Source of the DNA: Patescibacteria group bacterium UBA2773
GTDB lineage: Bacteria > Patescibacteriota > Minisyncoccia > Moranbacterales > DUUL01
DNA: 64,000 bases
Direction: 5' to 3'
Assembly (NCBI GenBank): GCA_002352465.1
Contig: DEIN01000012.1
Location: 17,484-81,483 of the forward strand
Below are positions 40,701 through 50,770 of this stretch, one piece after another. Each line of letters starts with the position of its first letter. Within the stretch, counting starts at the first letter, position 1. The position numbers were made by a program, and so were the translations under genes. The notes below the pieces were generated by a model, which saw only the letters and a list, made by a program, of their open reading frames with translations, did not search any database and had not been told where the DNA came from.

Positions 40701-41843
40701 CTAATTTTTAATAATTGGCATAATAATATAAGAAAATTTAAAATCTTCTTTTTCGTTTTCATCTAAACCTTTCATTAGAGCTGGTGACTTCTCTTTGTTT
40801 AATTTTAAAATAACCCATTCTTCTTTAATTACACTTAAACCATCAATTAAATAATTACAATTAAACAAAATCTCAAAATCATCACCTAAAATATTAGCGG
40901 CTATTTTAGAGATATTTTCCCCTGCTTCATTGGAATAAGAACTTATTTCTAATTCTTTTTTATTTTTAAGATTACTAATTTTTATTTCACTATTGTTATC
41001 TCGAGAAACTAAGGATGCTATTTTTAGAGCATTTATCAACTCATTTCTATTTATTTTAACTTCAATAGAGTATTTTTTAGGTAAAATTTGTTGATAATCA
41101 ATATAATTTCCATTAATTAATTTTGAAATAATCTTAGTCGAATTATTTCCTACGAATAATTGATTTTGTTTTATTATTAAGCTTATTTCACCTTCAGTAA
41201 GATTTTTTTGAATTTCACTAAAGGTTAAGGCAGGAATTATAATCGAAGGAGTATTTTCTATAAAAATAAAATATTCCTCAGTTAAATTGTTTTTATTCAA
41301 ACTTATAACTACCTCACTTAATCGATAACCATCAGTTGAAGCCAAGATTAACCTGTCTTTTTTAAAAAGAACATTCACTCCGTTTAATTCTTGTCTAGTA
41401 TCATTTCGAGCTACGGAAATTAAAATATTAGAAATATTCTCAATTAAATCTTTAGAATTTATTTTAATATAACTATCCTCGGGATTTTCTGGAATTATTG
41501 GATAATCATCTAAACTCATTCCTTTAATTTTAATTTGATGTTTTTCGGTTTTTACTTGAAATTCATCTTTAATTACAAATCCTTCAATAATATCATCTTT
41601 AATATTATTTAAAAATCCGCTAACAACTCTAATCGGAATTGTAATTCCTCCTTCTTTGTTTATTTTAGCCTTAACAAAAGTTTTTACTGCTATTTCAAGA
41701 TTTGTTGAAGCAATTACTAATCTATTTTTATCAGTTTTAATTAATATATTACTTAAAATTGGTAAACTTGGGTTTTTTAAAAGAACCCTTTCAATTTTAG
41801 ATATTGCATTTCTAAAATTATCTCGCTTAATTGAAAATTGCAT
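40701..41843 (-). CDS. dnaN: DNA polymerase III beta sliding clamp
   Basis: LPILSNIL, STNLE, STDGYRL, LINGNY, C-terminal IMPI; follows dnaA. Confidence 0.97.
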   Translation of the reverse strand: MQFSIKRDNFRNAISKIERVLLKNPSLPILSNILIKTDKNRLVIASTNLEIAVKTFVKAKINKEGGITIPIRVVSGFLNNIKDDIIEGFVIKDEFQVKTEKHQIKIKGMSLDDYPIIPENPEDSYIKINSKDLIENISNILISVARNDTRQELNGVNVLFKKDRLILASTDGYRLSEVVISLNKNNLTEEYFIFIENTPSIIIPALTFSEIQKNLTEGEISLIIKQNQLFVGNNSTKIISKLINGNYIDYQQILPKKYSIEVKINRNELINALKIASLVSRDNNSEIKISNLKNKKELEISSYSNEAGENISKIAANILGDDFEILFNCNYLIDGLSVIKEEWVILKLNKEKSPALMKGLDENEKEDFKFSYIIMPIIKN

Positions 41844-42060
41844 ATATATAATTAATTATTATTATTTAAATATTATTACTATTTATTATAGAGTCCAAAA
41901 TAGTGGAAAAGTCGGTTTTATCTTTTATTAGAAAGAAAAAACGTGTCAATAACCTTGTTTAAAAAACTGTTTAAAAAATCAAAAAAGGTTGTTCATAAAA
42001 AGTTGATAAATAATATTTTTTTAAAAACCAACAACTTATTAACAACTTATTTAGGGGTTA
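41844..42060. other. oriC part between dnaA and dnaN: degenerate DnaA boxes and AT-rich unwinding element
   Basis: Box-like TGTCAATAA 41944, TGTTTAAAA 41956 and 41968, TGTTCATAA 41990, AGTTGATAA 42001, TTATTAACA 42036; nearly pure A/T triplet tract 41851-41890. Confidence 0.7.
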
Positions 42061-43464
42061 TTAATAGTCATTGTATTTTTCCCGAATAAATTTAATTTGA
42101 TCTTGTAAAAATTTATTATCCCCCAATTCTTTAATAATTTTTTTATGAGCATACATCACCGTTGAATGATTTTTACCACCCAAAAATATTCCAATTTCCG
42201 TAAAAGAAAGAGTTAAATCCTCTCTTAATAAATAAAAAGTTAATTGACGAGGCTTAATTACTGTTTTTTTTCGGCAAGAACCTAGAATTTCAGTGGTTTT
42301 TATATTAAAAAAATCTGCTACTGCCTTAACAATGGTTGTAGCCGTCACTTTACTTTGTCTATTACTGGAAATTAAATCCTCGGTTAATTCCATAACATCT
42401 TTTAATGTGGGAAAAACATTGCGAAGTTGATATGTGACAATTATTTTATTCAAAGCTCCTTCTAGTTCTCGAACATTGTGATAAATATTTTTTGCTAAAT
42501 ATTCAATAATTTCTTCGCTGAGATCGAAATTTTTTTCTATTACCTTTTTTTTAATAATAGCCAACCTAGTTTCTAAATCGGGTTTGCTAATATCAGCCAT
42601 CATTCCTCCTTCAAATCTTGATTTAAGTCGATTTTCTAGGGTTGGAATTGATTTTGGCGGACGGTCAGCACTAATAATAATCTGTTTATTTAATTGATAT
42701 AAAGATTCAAAAACATGAAAAAATTCTTCCTGAGTCTTCTCTTTCTTAGATAAAAACTGAACATCATCAATTATTAACATATCTAATTGAATATATTCAT
42801 TTTTAAACTCTTTAGCTTTGGAGTTTTGAATAGCCCCAATTAATTCATTAGCAAATCGTTCCATACTTACATAACGAATTTTAAAATCAGGATTTTGGGC
42901 TTTAATAAAATTTCCAGTAGCTTGAATTAGATGAGTTTTACCCAAACCAACATCTCCATAAATAAATAAAGGATTATAAGATTGTCCTGGCTTTTTGGAA
43001 ACTGACTGACAAGCAGCGTAAGCCAATTCATTATTAGCACCGATTACGTAGGTTTCGAATTTGTAACGAGGGTTTAATCCCGAACTAATATGGTTAGAGT
43101 TGCGGTTAAAAGAAGGAGTTTCTCGAAGACTTTTTTTGATGCTTTTTTTGAGTTTTTCTTTTAATTTTGATTTAACAATGACTGAATCCATTGATTTTTG
43201 AGGAAAAGAGGTTTTGTTCTGAACCTCTAAAGAACAAATTACCCGATTGATTTTGGGGAAATGTTTTCGAATGGAGTCTAATATTGTTTTTTGATATTTT
43301 TTTTCTAACCACTCTTTAGCAAAAATATTAGGGACAATTATTATTAGAGTATCCTCGGTTAAATCTTTTATAGAGGTGTTTTTGAACCAGGTAGTAAAAC
43401 TGGCTTTTGACAAAGAAAGTTCCACTTCTCCTAAAATAGCCTCCCAGAGTTCCTGTTTGTTCAT
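42061..43464 (-). CDS. dnaA: Chromosomal replication initiator DnaA
   Basis: FTTWF, YNPLFIYGDVGLGKTHL, IDDVQF, TQEEFFH, NVRELEGAL, GGKNHSTVM. Confidence 0.98.
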   Translation of the reverse strand: MNKQELWEAILGEVELSLSKASFTTWFKNTSIKDLTEDTLIIIVPNIFAKEWLEKKYQKTILDSIRKHFPKINRVICSLEVQNKTSFPQKSMDSVIVKSKLKEKLKKSIKKSLRETPSFNRNSNHISSGLNPRYKFETYVIGANNELAYAACQSVSKKPGQSYNPLFIYGDVGLGKTHLIQATGNFIKAQNPDFKIRYVSMERFANELIGAIQNSKAKEFKNEYIQLDMLIIDDVQFLSKKEKTQEEFFHVFESLYQLNKQIIISADRPPKSIPTLENRLKSRFEGGMMADISKPDLETRLAIIKKKVIEKNFDLSEEIIEYLAKNIYHNVRELEGALNKIIVTYQLRNVFPTLKDVMELTEDLISSNRQSKVTATTIVKAVADFFNIKTTEILGSCRKKTVIKPRQLTFYLLREDLTLSFTEIGIFLGGKNHSTVMYAHKKIIKELGDNKFLQDQIKFIREKYNDY

Positions 43465-43470
43465 TCTTTT

Positions 43471-43556
43471 TGTTTATAAATTGTTGATAACCCAGGTTAC
43501 CTTTTGAATAATACCTAATAAAAGGCAAGTTCTCAATGTTTATATATTGTGGATAA
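43471..43556. promoter_or_regulatory. DnaA boxes upstream of dnaA
   Basis: Perfect TGTGGATAA 43548-43556; near-matches TGTTTATAA 43471 and TGTTGATAA 43482. Confidence 0.75.
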
Positions 43557-43801
43557 ACTGTTTAAAAATGTTATATTAGCATTACATTAATAGGGAAATA
43601 AGGCAAATTTTTAAAAAATAAAAGGTTTTAATTTAAAATAAAAAACAAATATTTCTCTTTACATAAATAATAATATGTGTTATAATGTTTAAATTAATTT
43701 AAGATTGTTTTTTGGCGGTTGATTTTCTTTTTTAAATTAGTTGAATTATTGGTTTTAAAAATAAACCAAATTAGTTTTTAATATAAAAAGAGTTAATTTA
43801 A

Positions 43802-44650
43802 TGTTTCACGTGAAACAAAATATTTTTTAAATTTAATTTTTAGATTATTATTGATATGTTTCACGTGAAACATAGTAGTCGTTATAAAAATTAAGTCTTT
43901 TATTATTAACGACTTATTTTTAATCGCCTAAGACACTATTTTTAGAACTTTTTATTTTTTAAAAAGATTTATTAATTAAATGTTTCACGTGAAACATTTT
44001 TAAAAAATAGAAACTAATTAATAAAACGTTTATTTCGACTGTTTTTATTCAAAAAAGCTTCAAATAAAAACCCTCAGCGAAATAATTTATTAATGTTTCA
44101 CGTGAAACATTTAATTAGAAAGAAAAAGTTTTATTTACTAAAAGCTTTTTTAAACAAGACCTGCTTAGTCTTAGTTTTTTGAATTTTAAAGAAAGTAAAA
44201 TGTTTCACGTGAAACATTTAGTAAAAAAAACTTTTTACTTAAGGATTTTTTAAACGAAGTTCGGTTTAATTTAATAGCCTTTTTGTTTTTTTGAAAACAA
44301 AAAATTATTTAGTGAGTTAAAATATATGTTTCACGTGAAACATATTAATAATAATTTAGGCGTTAGAATGTTAAAGATTTTTTGTTTCACGTGAAACATC
44401 TTCTTAAAATAAAAAGCAATAAAAAAGAGAAGATGCTTTTATTTTTTATTAAGAGAATAAGGATTTTACGGGTTTTAAGAAAAGTTTTTTAATGTTTCAC
44501 GTGAAACGTTTTTTGTTATTAAAATTAAATTGTTAGAATTTTATTTAAAATTCAAGCCTTAAGGATTGAGATTATTTTCTTTTAAATAAAAAAATTAACT
44601 GAACTTTTTGATTTTAAGAAAATTTATTAGAAGATGTTTCACGTGAAACA
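43802..44650. repeat. Cluster of nine parS (ParB/Spo0J-binding) palindromes
   Basis: TGTTTCACGTGAAACA at 43802, 43857, 43981, 44094, 44201, 44327, 44383, 44635 and one-mismatch copy at 44493. Confidence 0.95.
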
Positions 44651-44753
44651 TTCCAAGGAAAATAGTTGAGCTTGTCCTCTTTACAAAAAGGCTATAACAT
44701 TGTATAATAAATTGACTTTAATTTAAAACTATGTTAAAAATTCCCATAGAGAT

Positions 44754-44826
44754 GGGCCTGTAACTCAATTGGTAGAGTGTTTCCATGGCATGGAAAAAGT
44801 AGTCGGTTCGATCCCGGTCAGGTCCA
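44754..44826 (+). tRNA. tRNA-Ala (GGC), CCA not encoded
   Basis: Acceptor GGGCCTG/CAGGTCC with G3:U70, anticodon arm TTTCC-ATGGCAT-GGAAA, GGTTCGATCCC T-arm. Confidence 0.95.
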
Positions 44827-44884
44827 CTTTTATTGAAAGTCAAGAGTTTTTATTTTAAAAAAAATAAACTAAGTATTTAAAAAA

Positions 44885-44956
44885 GTCCTCATAGTTCAAT
44901 GGATAGAACAAAAACCTCCTAAGTTTTAGATCTAGGTTCAACTCCTGGTGAGGACA
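44885..44956 (+). tRNA. tRNA-Arg (CCT), CCA not encoded
   Basis: Acceptor GTCCTCA/TGAGGAC, anticodon arm AAAAC-CTCCTAA-GTTTT, GGTTCAACTCC T-arm. Confidence 0.93.
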
Positions 44957-45066
44957 CATTTAAGGTAAAGGTTTAAAAAACTTACAAAGTGAAAGGCTTT
45001 TATTGAGCAAAAATCTTACTTTAAAAACTCTGAGGACTTTTTAGTTTTATAAATTAGAGCAATATT

Positions 45067-46602
45067 ATGAAATTTTTAATTCCTTTAAATTTATTAAAAA
45101 TTATAGAAAAACTTGAAGCTAAAAAATTCGAGGTTTTTGTGGTGGGTGGATCGGTGAGAGATTTGTTGTTAAAAAAACAGCCCAATGATTGGGATTTAAC
45201 TACCAGTGCTCAACCAGAAGACATTTTAGCAATTTTTCCTAATGCTAAATACAAAAATGACTTTGGAACGGTTTTAATTCCAGAGAAATATTTAGAAGAA
45301 AAATCAATTGAAAAACAAAAGGGTTTTTTTGAAATTACAACCTATCGAAAAGAAAGCCAATATCGAGACAAGAGAAGGCCAGATCAGGTAATTTTTACTG
45401 ATAAACTAGAAGATGACTTAAAAAGACGAGACTTTACTATAAATGCCCTAGCTATCGGAATAAAAGGTGTGGATAAGTTGTTGAAAAAGTCAATTAAAAC
45501 TGAAAAAATAAGCGTTGAGCTAGAAAAAAGTCAAATTGTTTTAATAGATAAATATCAAGGACAAGAAGATTTAAAAAACAAGCTAATTAAAACTGTTGGT
45601 TCGGCTAAAAATCGAATTGAAGAAGATGCTTTAAGAATGATGCGTGCAATTCGTTTGGCAGTACAATTGGAATTTAAAATAGAAGCAAAAACTTTTCAAG
45701 CCATAAAAGACAAGGCTGAAAATTTAGAATATATTTCCCAAGAAAGAATTAGAGACGAATTTGAAAAAATAATTTTAGCGGAAAAACCAGCCAATGGAAT
45801 AGAATTATTAATTGAAACAGGTTTAATGAAATGGATAATTCCTGAATTAAAAGAAACAATCAAGACTGAGCAAAATTATCATCATTACTACGGGCCATAC
45901 AACACTGTCTATAAACATTTGATGGCTAGTTTGAATAAATGTCCTTCAAAAAAGTTAGAAGTTCGTTTGGCATCGTTTTTTCACGACATAGGCAAACCGG
46001 AGACCAAGCAAGGAAGGGGTTACAAGTCTTCTTTCCACAATCATGAATATGCGGGGGCTCGAATTACTAAAAAAATAATGGAACGATTAAAGTTTTCTCG
46101 AGAAGTTATTGATAAAACGGTGCTTTTAGTTAAAAACCATATGTTTTATTATAATGTAGATGAAGTTGGAGAAGCAGGAGTGCGAAAAGTTATTCGAAAA
46201 GTAGGATTAGAAAATATTAATGATTTAATTGATGTTCGAGTGGCGGATCGTTTGGGTTCGGGGGTTCCGAAGGCAATTCCTTATAAATTGCGTCACTTTA
46301 AATATATGGTCGAGAAGGTGAGTTGTGATCCAATCTCGGTTAAGCAATTGAAAATTAACGGAAAAGATTTAATGGAAAAATTAAAAATTAAACCAGGTCC
46401 TCAAATTGGTGCTATTTTAGAAATTTTATTAGCAGAAGTAATTGAAAATCCGAAGTTAAATAATTTTGAAAATTTATTAAATCGAGCCAAAGGGTTAATA
46501 AAAAAAGATTTAAAAGTAACAAAAAAAGAAGCCAAAGAAAAAATAAAGAAAATTCAAAAAAGAGAAGATCAAAAAATAAAAAAACAGTATTTTGTGCAGT
46601 AA
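45067..46602 (+). CDS. cca: Class II tRNA nucleotidyltransferase (CCA-adding) with HD domain
   Basis: VGGSVRD, DWD, EITTYR, RRDFTINA, EDALRMMRA, SQERI, FHDIGKP. Confidence 0.92.
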   Translation: MKFLIPLNLLKIIEKLEAKKFEVFVVGGSVRDLLLKKQPNDWDLTTSAQPEDILAIFPNAKYKNDFGTVLIPEKYLEEKSIEKQKGFFEITTYRKESQYRDKRRPDQVIFTDKLEDDLKRRDFTINALAIGIKGVDKLLKKSIKTEKISVELEKSQIVLIDKYQGQEDLKNKLIKTVGSAKNRIEEDALRMMRAIRLAVQLEFKIEAKTFQAIKDKAENLEYISQERIRDEFEKIILAEKPANGIELLIETGLMKWIIPELKETIKTEQNYHHYYGPYNTVYKHLMASLNKCPSKKLEVRLASFFHDIGKPETKQGRGYKSSFHNHEYAGARITKKIMERLKFSREVIDKTVLLVKNHMFYYNVDEVGEAGVRKVIRKVGLENINDLIDVRVADRLGSGVPKAIPYKLRHFKYMVEKVSCDPISVKQLKINGKDLMEKLKIKPGPQIGAILEILLAEVIENPKLNNFENLLNRAKGLIKKDLKVTKKEAKEKIKKIQKREDQKIKKQYFVQ

Positions 46603-46679
46603 GAAGTTGACTTTTGGTTTAAATTGGTTATATTTAGATTAAAGGAAAAGTCTAGAAACTATTAAGAGAGTTTTTAGTT

Positions 46680-46754
46680 GGGACCGTAGCTCAGCGGTAG
46701 AGCCGTCGGCTCATAACCGATTGGTCACAGGTTCGAATCCTGTCGGTCCCACCA
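46680..46754 (+). tRNA. tRNA with CAT anticodon (probably Ile2, possibly elongator Met), CCA encoded
   Basis: Acceptor GGGACCG/CGGTCCC-ACCA, anticodon arm GTCGG-CTCATAA-CCGAT, paired 1:72 so not initiator; TTGACT..TATATT promoter 46607-46634. Confidence 0.92.
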
Positions 46755-46980
46755 AAATAAGAATTCAAAGACGTTTTTTAACGAAACTTGAATATCGTAT
46801 GCATTAATATCTTTGATTAGCATTAATTTAGTGAGTTGACTCCGAATTCTATCGGTTCTACTATAAAGAGGTTTTTAACTTCAATGGGATTCTAAAAACA
46901 GAGCTAGTGTGTTTTGAACTTGGTAAGTTAGCACTAAGTCTTACCGTTTTTACTTAAAATTAAATAAAAATAAAAAAACT

Positions 46981-48198
46981 ATGGAGCATTTTGAATTATC
47001 ACAAGAAAAACATTTTAGAAAGGCTCATTATTTTGAAGAAAACCTTTCAGCTGGTTTTAGGTGTTTGATCGCCAATCGAGCCATTACTAACATTGCCACT
47101 GGTCTTTTTTCAGTTTTTTTACCAATTTTTCTTTATATTACATTAGGAGAAAATATTAGATATCTAGCTCTTTATTATTTAGCTACTTATCTTTCGTCTT
47201 TGTTTCTAACTAGCACTATTCACAAAAGTTTAAATAAGTTCGGATTTAAAAAAGCAATTGGGCTTAGCACTTTAATCGGCGCTTTTTATTATTTAGCAAT
47301 TTTTTTATTAAAAGCTGATAATTTCTTGATTATTATGCCGATTATGATTTTTTTGATTGCTTTTTGGCGATTTCTTTACTGGATTCCTTATAATATTGAT
47401 TTTGCCAAATTCACAACCAAAAAAGATCGAGGTAAAGGGGTTGGTTTAATTGAAGCAATATTGAGTTTTGTTGGTATTTTAACGCCTATTTTAGCTGGTT
47501 TTATTATTGCTAAATTTGGTTTTAATTGGCTTTTTCTGATAGGCATTTTAATTTTTGGATTATCTTATATTCCGTTAGCTAAGTTGCCACAAACTAAAGA
47601 GCGCTTTTCTTGGAATACTGGTCAATTTTTTAAAAAAATAATAGCACCTAAAAATAGAAAATTAACTTATTTTTTCTTTTTAGATGGAGCAGAGGCGATT
47701 TTAGCCTCTTTTGTTTGGCCTGTCTTTATTTATAAACTTTTAAAAGGGAATTATTTGGAAATTGGAATTATTTCATCTTTAGTTGTTCTGACTACGGCCT
47801 TTTTGCAATTAGTAGCCGGTAAAATTGTTGATAAAAAAAGAGGTCAGATGATTAAAACTGGTGGATTCTTTTATGCCCTAGGTTGGTTGCTGAAAGTTTT
47901 TACTATTACCGCTTTTCATGTTTTTATTTTTGATGCTTTTCATCGATTCATGAAGGTTTTTTATCGAATTCCGCTAGATACCGTGATATTCGAAACGGCT
48001 TTTCAACAAAAACATTTTATTGATGAATTTAATGTTTTCCGTCAATTTTGCTTGTTTTTAGGGGGTTCTGTAATGGCACTTTTAATAATCTTAATTTCCT
48101 TTTTTACTACTTCTATTAATTGGATTTTTTTAGCGGGAACGATAATTGTGTTTTTGATTAGTATTTTTTACAAGAAAATTCAAGATTCTTTAATTTAA
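46981..48198 (+). CDS. MFS transporter
   Basis: About 12 TMs; NKFGFKK, DRGKGVG, PILAGFII, GKIVDK motifs. Confidence 0.88.
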   Translation: MEHFELSQEKHFRKAHYFEENLSAGFRCLIANRAITNIATGLFSVFLPIFLYITLGENIRYLALYYLATYLSSLFLTSTIHKSLNKFGFKKAIGLSTLIGAFYYLAIFLLKADNFLIIMPIMIFLIAFWRFLYWIPYNIDFAKFTTKKDRGKGVGLIEAILSFVGILTPILAGFIIAKFGFNWLFLIGILIFGLSYIPLAKLPQTKERFSWNTGQFFKKIIAPKNRKLTYFFFLDGAEAILASFVWPVFIYKLLKGNYLEIGIISSLVVLTTAFLQLVAGKIVDKKRGQMIKTGGFFYALGWLLKVFTITAFHVFIFDAFHRFMKVFYRIPLDTVIFETAFQQKHFIDEFNVFRQFCLFLGGSVMALLIILISFFTTSINWIFLAGTIIVFLISIFYKKIQDSLI

Positions 48199-48226
48199 GG
48201 AGATTTATTAATTATTTTTCAATTTG

Positions 48227-49429
48227 ATGCATAATCATTTTCAACACCATAAATATTTTAAAAAGAAAATTCCTCAAGGATTGAAGGCTTTGTTTGTTAA
48301 TTATGTAATTATTGATTTAGCCGCCAGTTTATTCACAATGTTTTTGCCGATTTTTTTGTTCGAATTTTTCAATAAAAATATTCAGGCTGTTTTTTGTTAT
48401 TATTTATTGGTTTATTTATTAACCCTTTTAATTATTATTTTTTGGTCTCGTAAATTAAATAAATTTGGATTTAGGAGGGCTTTAAAAATCAGCATTTTTA
48501 TTTCAGTTTTGTTTTATCTTGGTTTTTATTATTTAAATCAAGATAATTTATTTTATATAATTCCCGTCTCGATTATTTTATTTGCATTGAGAAATTTTTT
48601 GTATTGGATTCCTTTTAATGTTGATTTTGCTAAATTTGCTGATGATCAAGATCGAGGTAAGACCATGGGCTTATTGGAAATTGTTTTGAGTATCACTGGG
48701 ACAATTGCTCCTTTAGTTGCTGGTTTTATAATTGGAAAACTAGGTTTTAATTTTTTATTTTTGTTAGGTGCAATAATTTTTGTGATGTCTTTCATTCCTT
48801 TGTTTAAATTGCCAAGAACTAAAGAAAAATTTTCTTGGAGCGTTTCAAAAACTATCAGAAAAATTTTTGATAAAAAAAACAAAACAGCCGCTTTAACCTT
48901 TTTTTCTGAAGGGGCCGAAGGTGTTATTTTTGTAGTAGTTTGGCCAATTTTTGTTTTTCAAATTTTAAAGGGGAATTATTTGGAAGTTGGTTTTATTTCA
49001 ACCGTAACAGTTTTAATTGTTATTATTGCTCAATTTTTTGTTGGTAAGAAATCTGATGGAAGTGCAAAAAGCAAAAAGAATTTAGTGAAATATGGGGGTT
49101 TCTCTTATGCATTGGCTTGGTTTTTGAAAGCCTTTATCTTAACGGCTTTACATATTTTTGTGATTGATATTTTTCACAAATTAACTCAAATTTTTTATAA
49201 AATTCCGCTTAATACTTTGATTTTTGAAAAAGCGGCGAAACAAAAACACTTAATTGATGAGTTTACGGTTTTTCGAGAAATTTGTTTAAATGCTGGTAAA
49301 ATAGTAATGTTGTTGGCGATTTTAGGATGCTCTTTTTATTTGTCTTTGAATTGGTTATTTATTTTTGGTGCCTTATTTTCTTTGTTTGAGGTTTTTTGTC
49401 ATCGCAATTTCTATTGTTCATTACGGTAA
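48227..49429 (+). CDS. MFS transporter, tandem paralog
   Basis: Shares FLYWIPxNxDFAKF, LPxTKExFSW, LKGNYLExG, KHxIDEF with upstream gene. Confidence 0.88.
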   Translation: MHNHFQHHKYFKKKIPQGLKALFVNYVIIDLAASLFTMFLPIFLFEFFNKNIQAVFCYYLLVYLLTLLIIIFWSRKLNKFGFRRALKISIFISVLFYLGFYYLNQDNLFYIIPVSIILFALRNFLYWIPFNVDFAKFADDQDRGKTMGLLEIVLSITGTIAPLVAGFIIGKLGFNFLFLLGAIIFVMSFIPLFKLPRTKEKFSWSVSKTIRKIFDKKNKTAALTFFSEGAEGVIFVVVWPIFVFQILKGNYLEVGFISTVTVLIVIIAQFFVGKKSDGSAKSKKNLVKYGGFSYALAWFLKAFILTALHIFVIDIFHKLTQIFYKIPLNTLIFEKAAKQKHLIDEFTVFREICLNAGKIVMLLAILGCSFYLSLNWLFIFGALFSLFEVFCHRNFYCSLR

Positions 49430-49458
49430 ATAAAAATTAAATTTAAAGATTATTTTTT

Positions 49459-49488
49459 AAAACAAAGTTTTCAAACTTTGTTTTTTTT
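49459..49488 (+). terminator. Intrinsic terminator after MFS pair
   Basis: AAAACAAAGTT/AACTTTGTTTT stem then T-tract. Confidence 0.65.
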
Positions 49489-49523
49489 ATGTTAAACTTC
49501 TTATAATTAATAATTTTAAAGAT

Positions 49524-50699
49524 ATGCAACCTTTAGCTGATTTAGTGCGACCAATTAATTTTGATGAATTTGTTGGTCAAGAAAAAATAGTTGGTTCGGG
49601 CAGTTTTTTGCGTCGAATGATTGAAAATGAGAATTTATCCTCGATGATTTTTTGGGGTCCGCCAGGAACGGGAAAAACCACTTTAGCTGGAATTATTGCT
49701 AAGCAAACCAAGGCTGAATTTATTAAACTTAGTGCTGTTAGTAGTGGAAAAAAGGATTTGTTAGCGGTAATTAAAACTGCGCAGGGAAATTCAATTTGGA
49801 AGAAAAAAACTATTTTATTTTTAGATGAAATTCATCGTTGGAATAAGGTTCAACAAGATGCTCTGCTTCCTTATGTGGAAAATGGGCAGCTTGTTTTAAT
49901 TGGAGCAACGACTGAAAATCCTAGTTTTGAGGTTAATTCGGCTTTGATTTCTCGAACCCGAGTATTGGTTTTAGATAAATTAACTGAGCAAAATTTAGAA
50001 AAAATTCTCAAACAAGCCTTAAAAAAAGTTTTAATAAAAAAAGAAGTTCAGGTTAAACCAGAAATTATTAAAATAATTGCTGAACTTTCCAATGGAGATG
50101 CTCGAATGGCCTTGAATACCTTGGAAATTAGTTTAAATCAAAATAAAAAAATAACCCCAAAGTTAATTAGAGAAATTTTGCAAAAATCGCATTTGTATTA
50201 TGATAAAAAAGGAGAAGATCACTATAATATTATTTCTGCTTTACATAAATCGATGCGAGGAGGCGATGCTCATGCGGCGGTTTATTGGCTAGTGCGAATG
50301 TTGGAAGGAGGAGAAGATCCGCTTTATATTGCTAGACGGTTGGTGCGATTTGCTTCAGAAGACGTCGGATTAGCGGATAATCACGCTTTGGTTTTGACTA
50401 ATACCGTTTTTGAAGCTTGCCATAAAATTGGAATGCCAGAGTGTGGTGTTAGCTTAACTCAATGTGTTATCTACTTAGCTAAAACCAAAAAGAGCATTTT
50501 GGCTTATGAAGCCTATAATCAAGCTCAGCAAGATGTTAAAAAATTTGGTAATCTTCCGGTTCCCTTGGCTATTCGCAACGCTCCGACTAAATTAATGAAA
50601 GATTTGGGCTATGGAAAAAATTATCAGTATACTCCTAAAGAAGATAGTTCCAGCCAGCAATATTTGCCGGATCAACTTAAGAATAAAAAATACTTTTAA
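49524..50699 (+). CDS. rarA: Replication-associated recombination protein RarA/MgsA
   Basis: PLADLVRP, WGPPGTGKTT, LDEIHRWNK.QQD, GATTENPSF, ISALHKSMRG, ASEDVG. Confidence 0.96.
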   Translation: MQPLADLVRPINFDEFVGQEKIVGSGSFLRRMIENENLSSMIFWGPPGTGKTTLAGIIAKQTKAEFIKLSAVSSGKKDLLAVIKTAQGNSIWKKKTILFLDEIHRWNKVQQDALLPYVENGQLVLIGATTENPSFEVNSALISRTRVLVLDKLTEQNLEKILKQALKKVLIKKEVQVKPEIIKIIAELSNGDARMALNTLEISLNQNKKITPKLIREILQKSHLYYDKKGEDHYNIISALHKSMRGGDAHAAVYWLVRMLEGGEDPLYIARRLVRFASEDVGLADNHALVLTNTVFEACHKIGMPECGVSLTQCVIYLAKTKKSILAYEAYNQAQQDVKKFGNLPVPLAIRNAPTKLMKDLGYGKNYQYTPKEDSSSQQYLPDQLKNKKYF

Positions 50700-50719
50700 A
50701 AATACTTTTATAAAAAGTT

Positions 50720-50756
50720 AAAGAGGCCTTACAGATTAATCCGTAAGGCCTCTTTT
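50720..50756. terminator. Bidirectional intrinsic terminator
   Basis: AAAGAGGCCTTAC/GTAAGGCCTCTTT inverted repeat between convergent genes. Confidence 0.85.
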
Positions 50757-50770
50757 GATTAGAAAATTTT

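Noticed and set aside
44283-44302. TTGTTTTTTTGAAAACAA as a tenth parS site
   Set aside because: Lacks the CACGTG core; at most a decayed copy
43802-44650. Repeat-spacer pattern resembling a CRISPR array
   Set aside because: Repeat is only 16 bp and equals the parS consensus; spacers vary from 39 to 126 bp; no cas genes in the window
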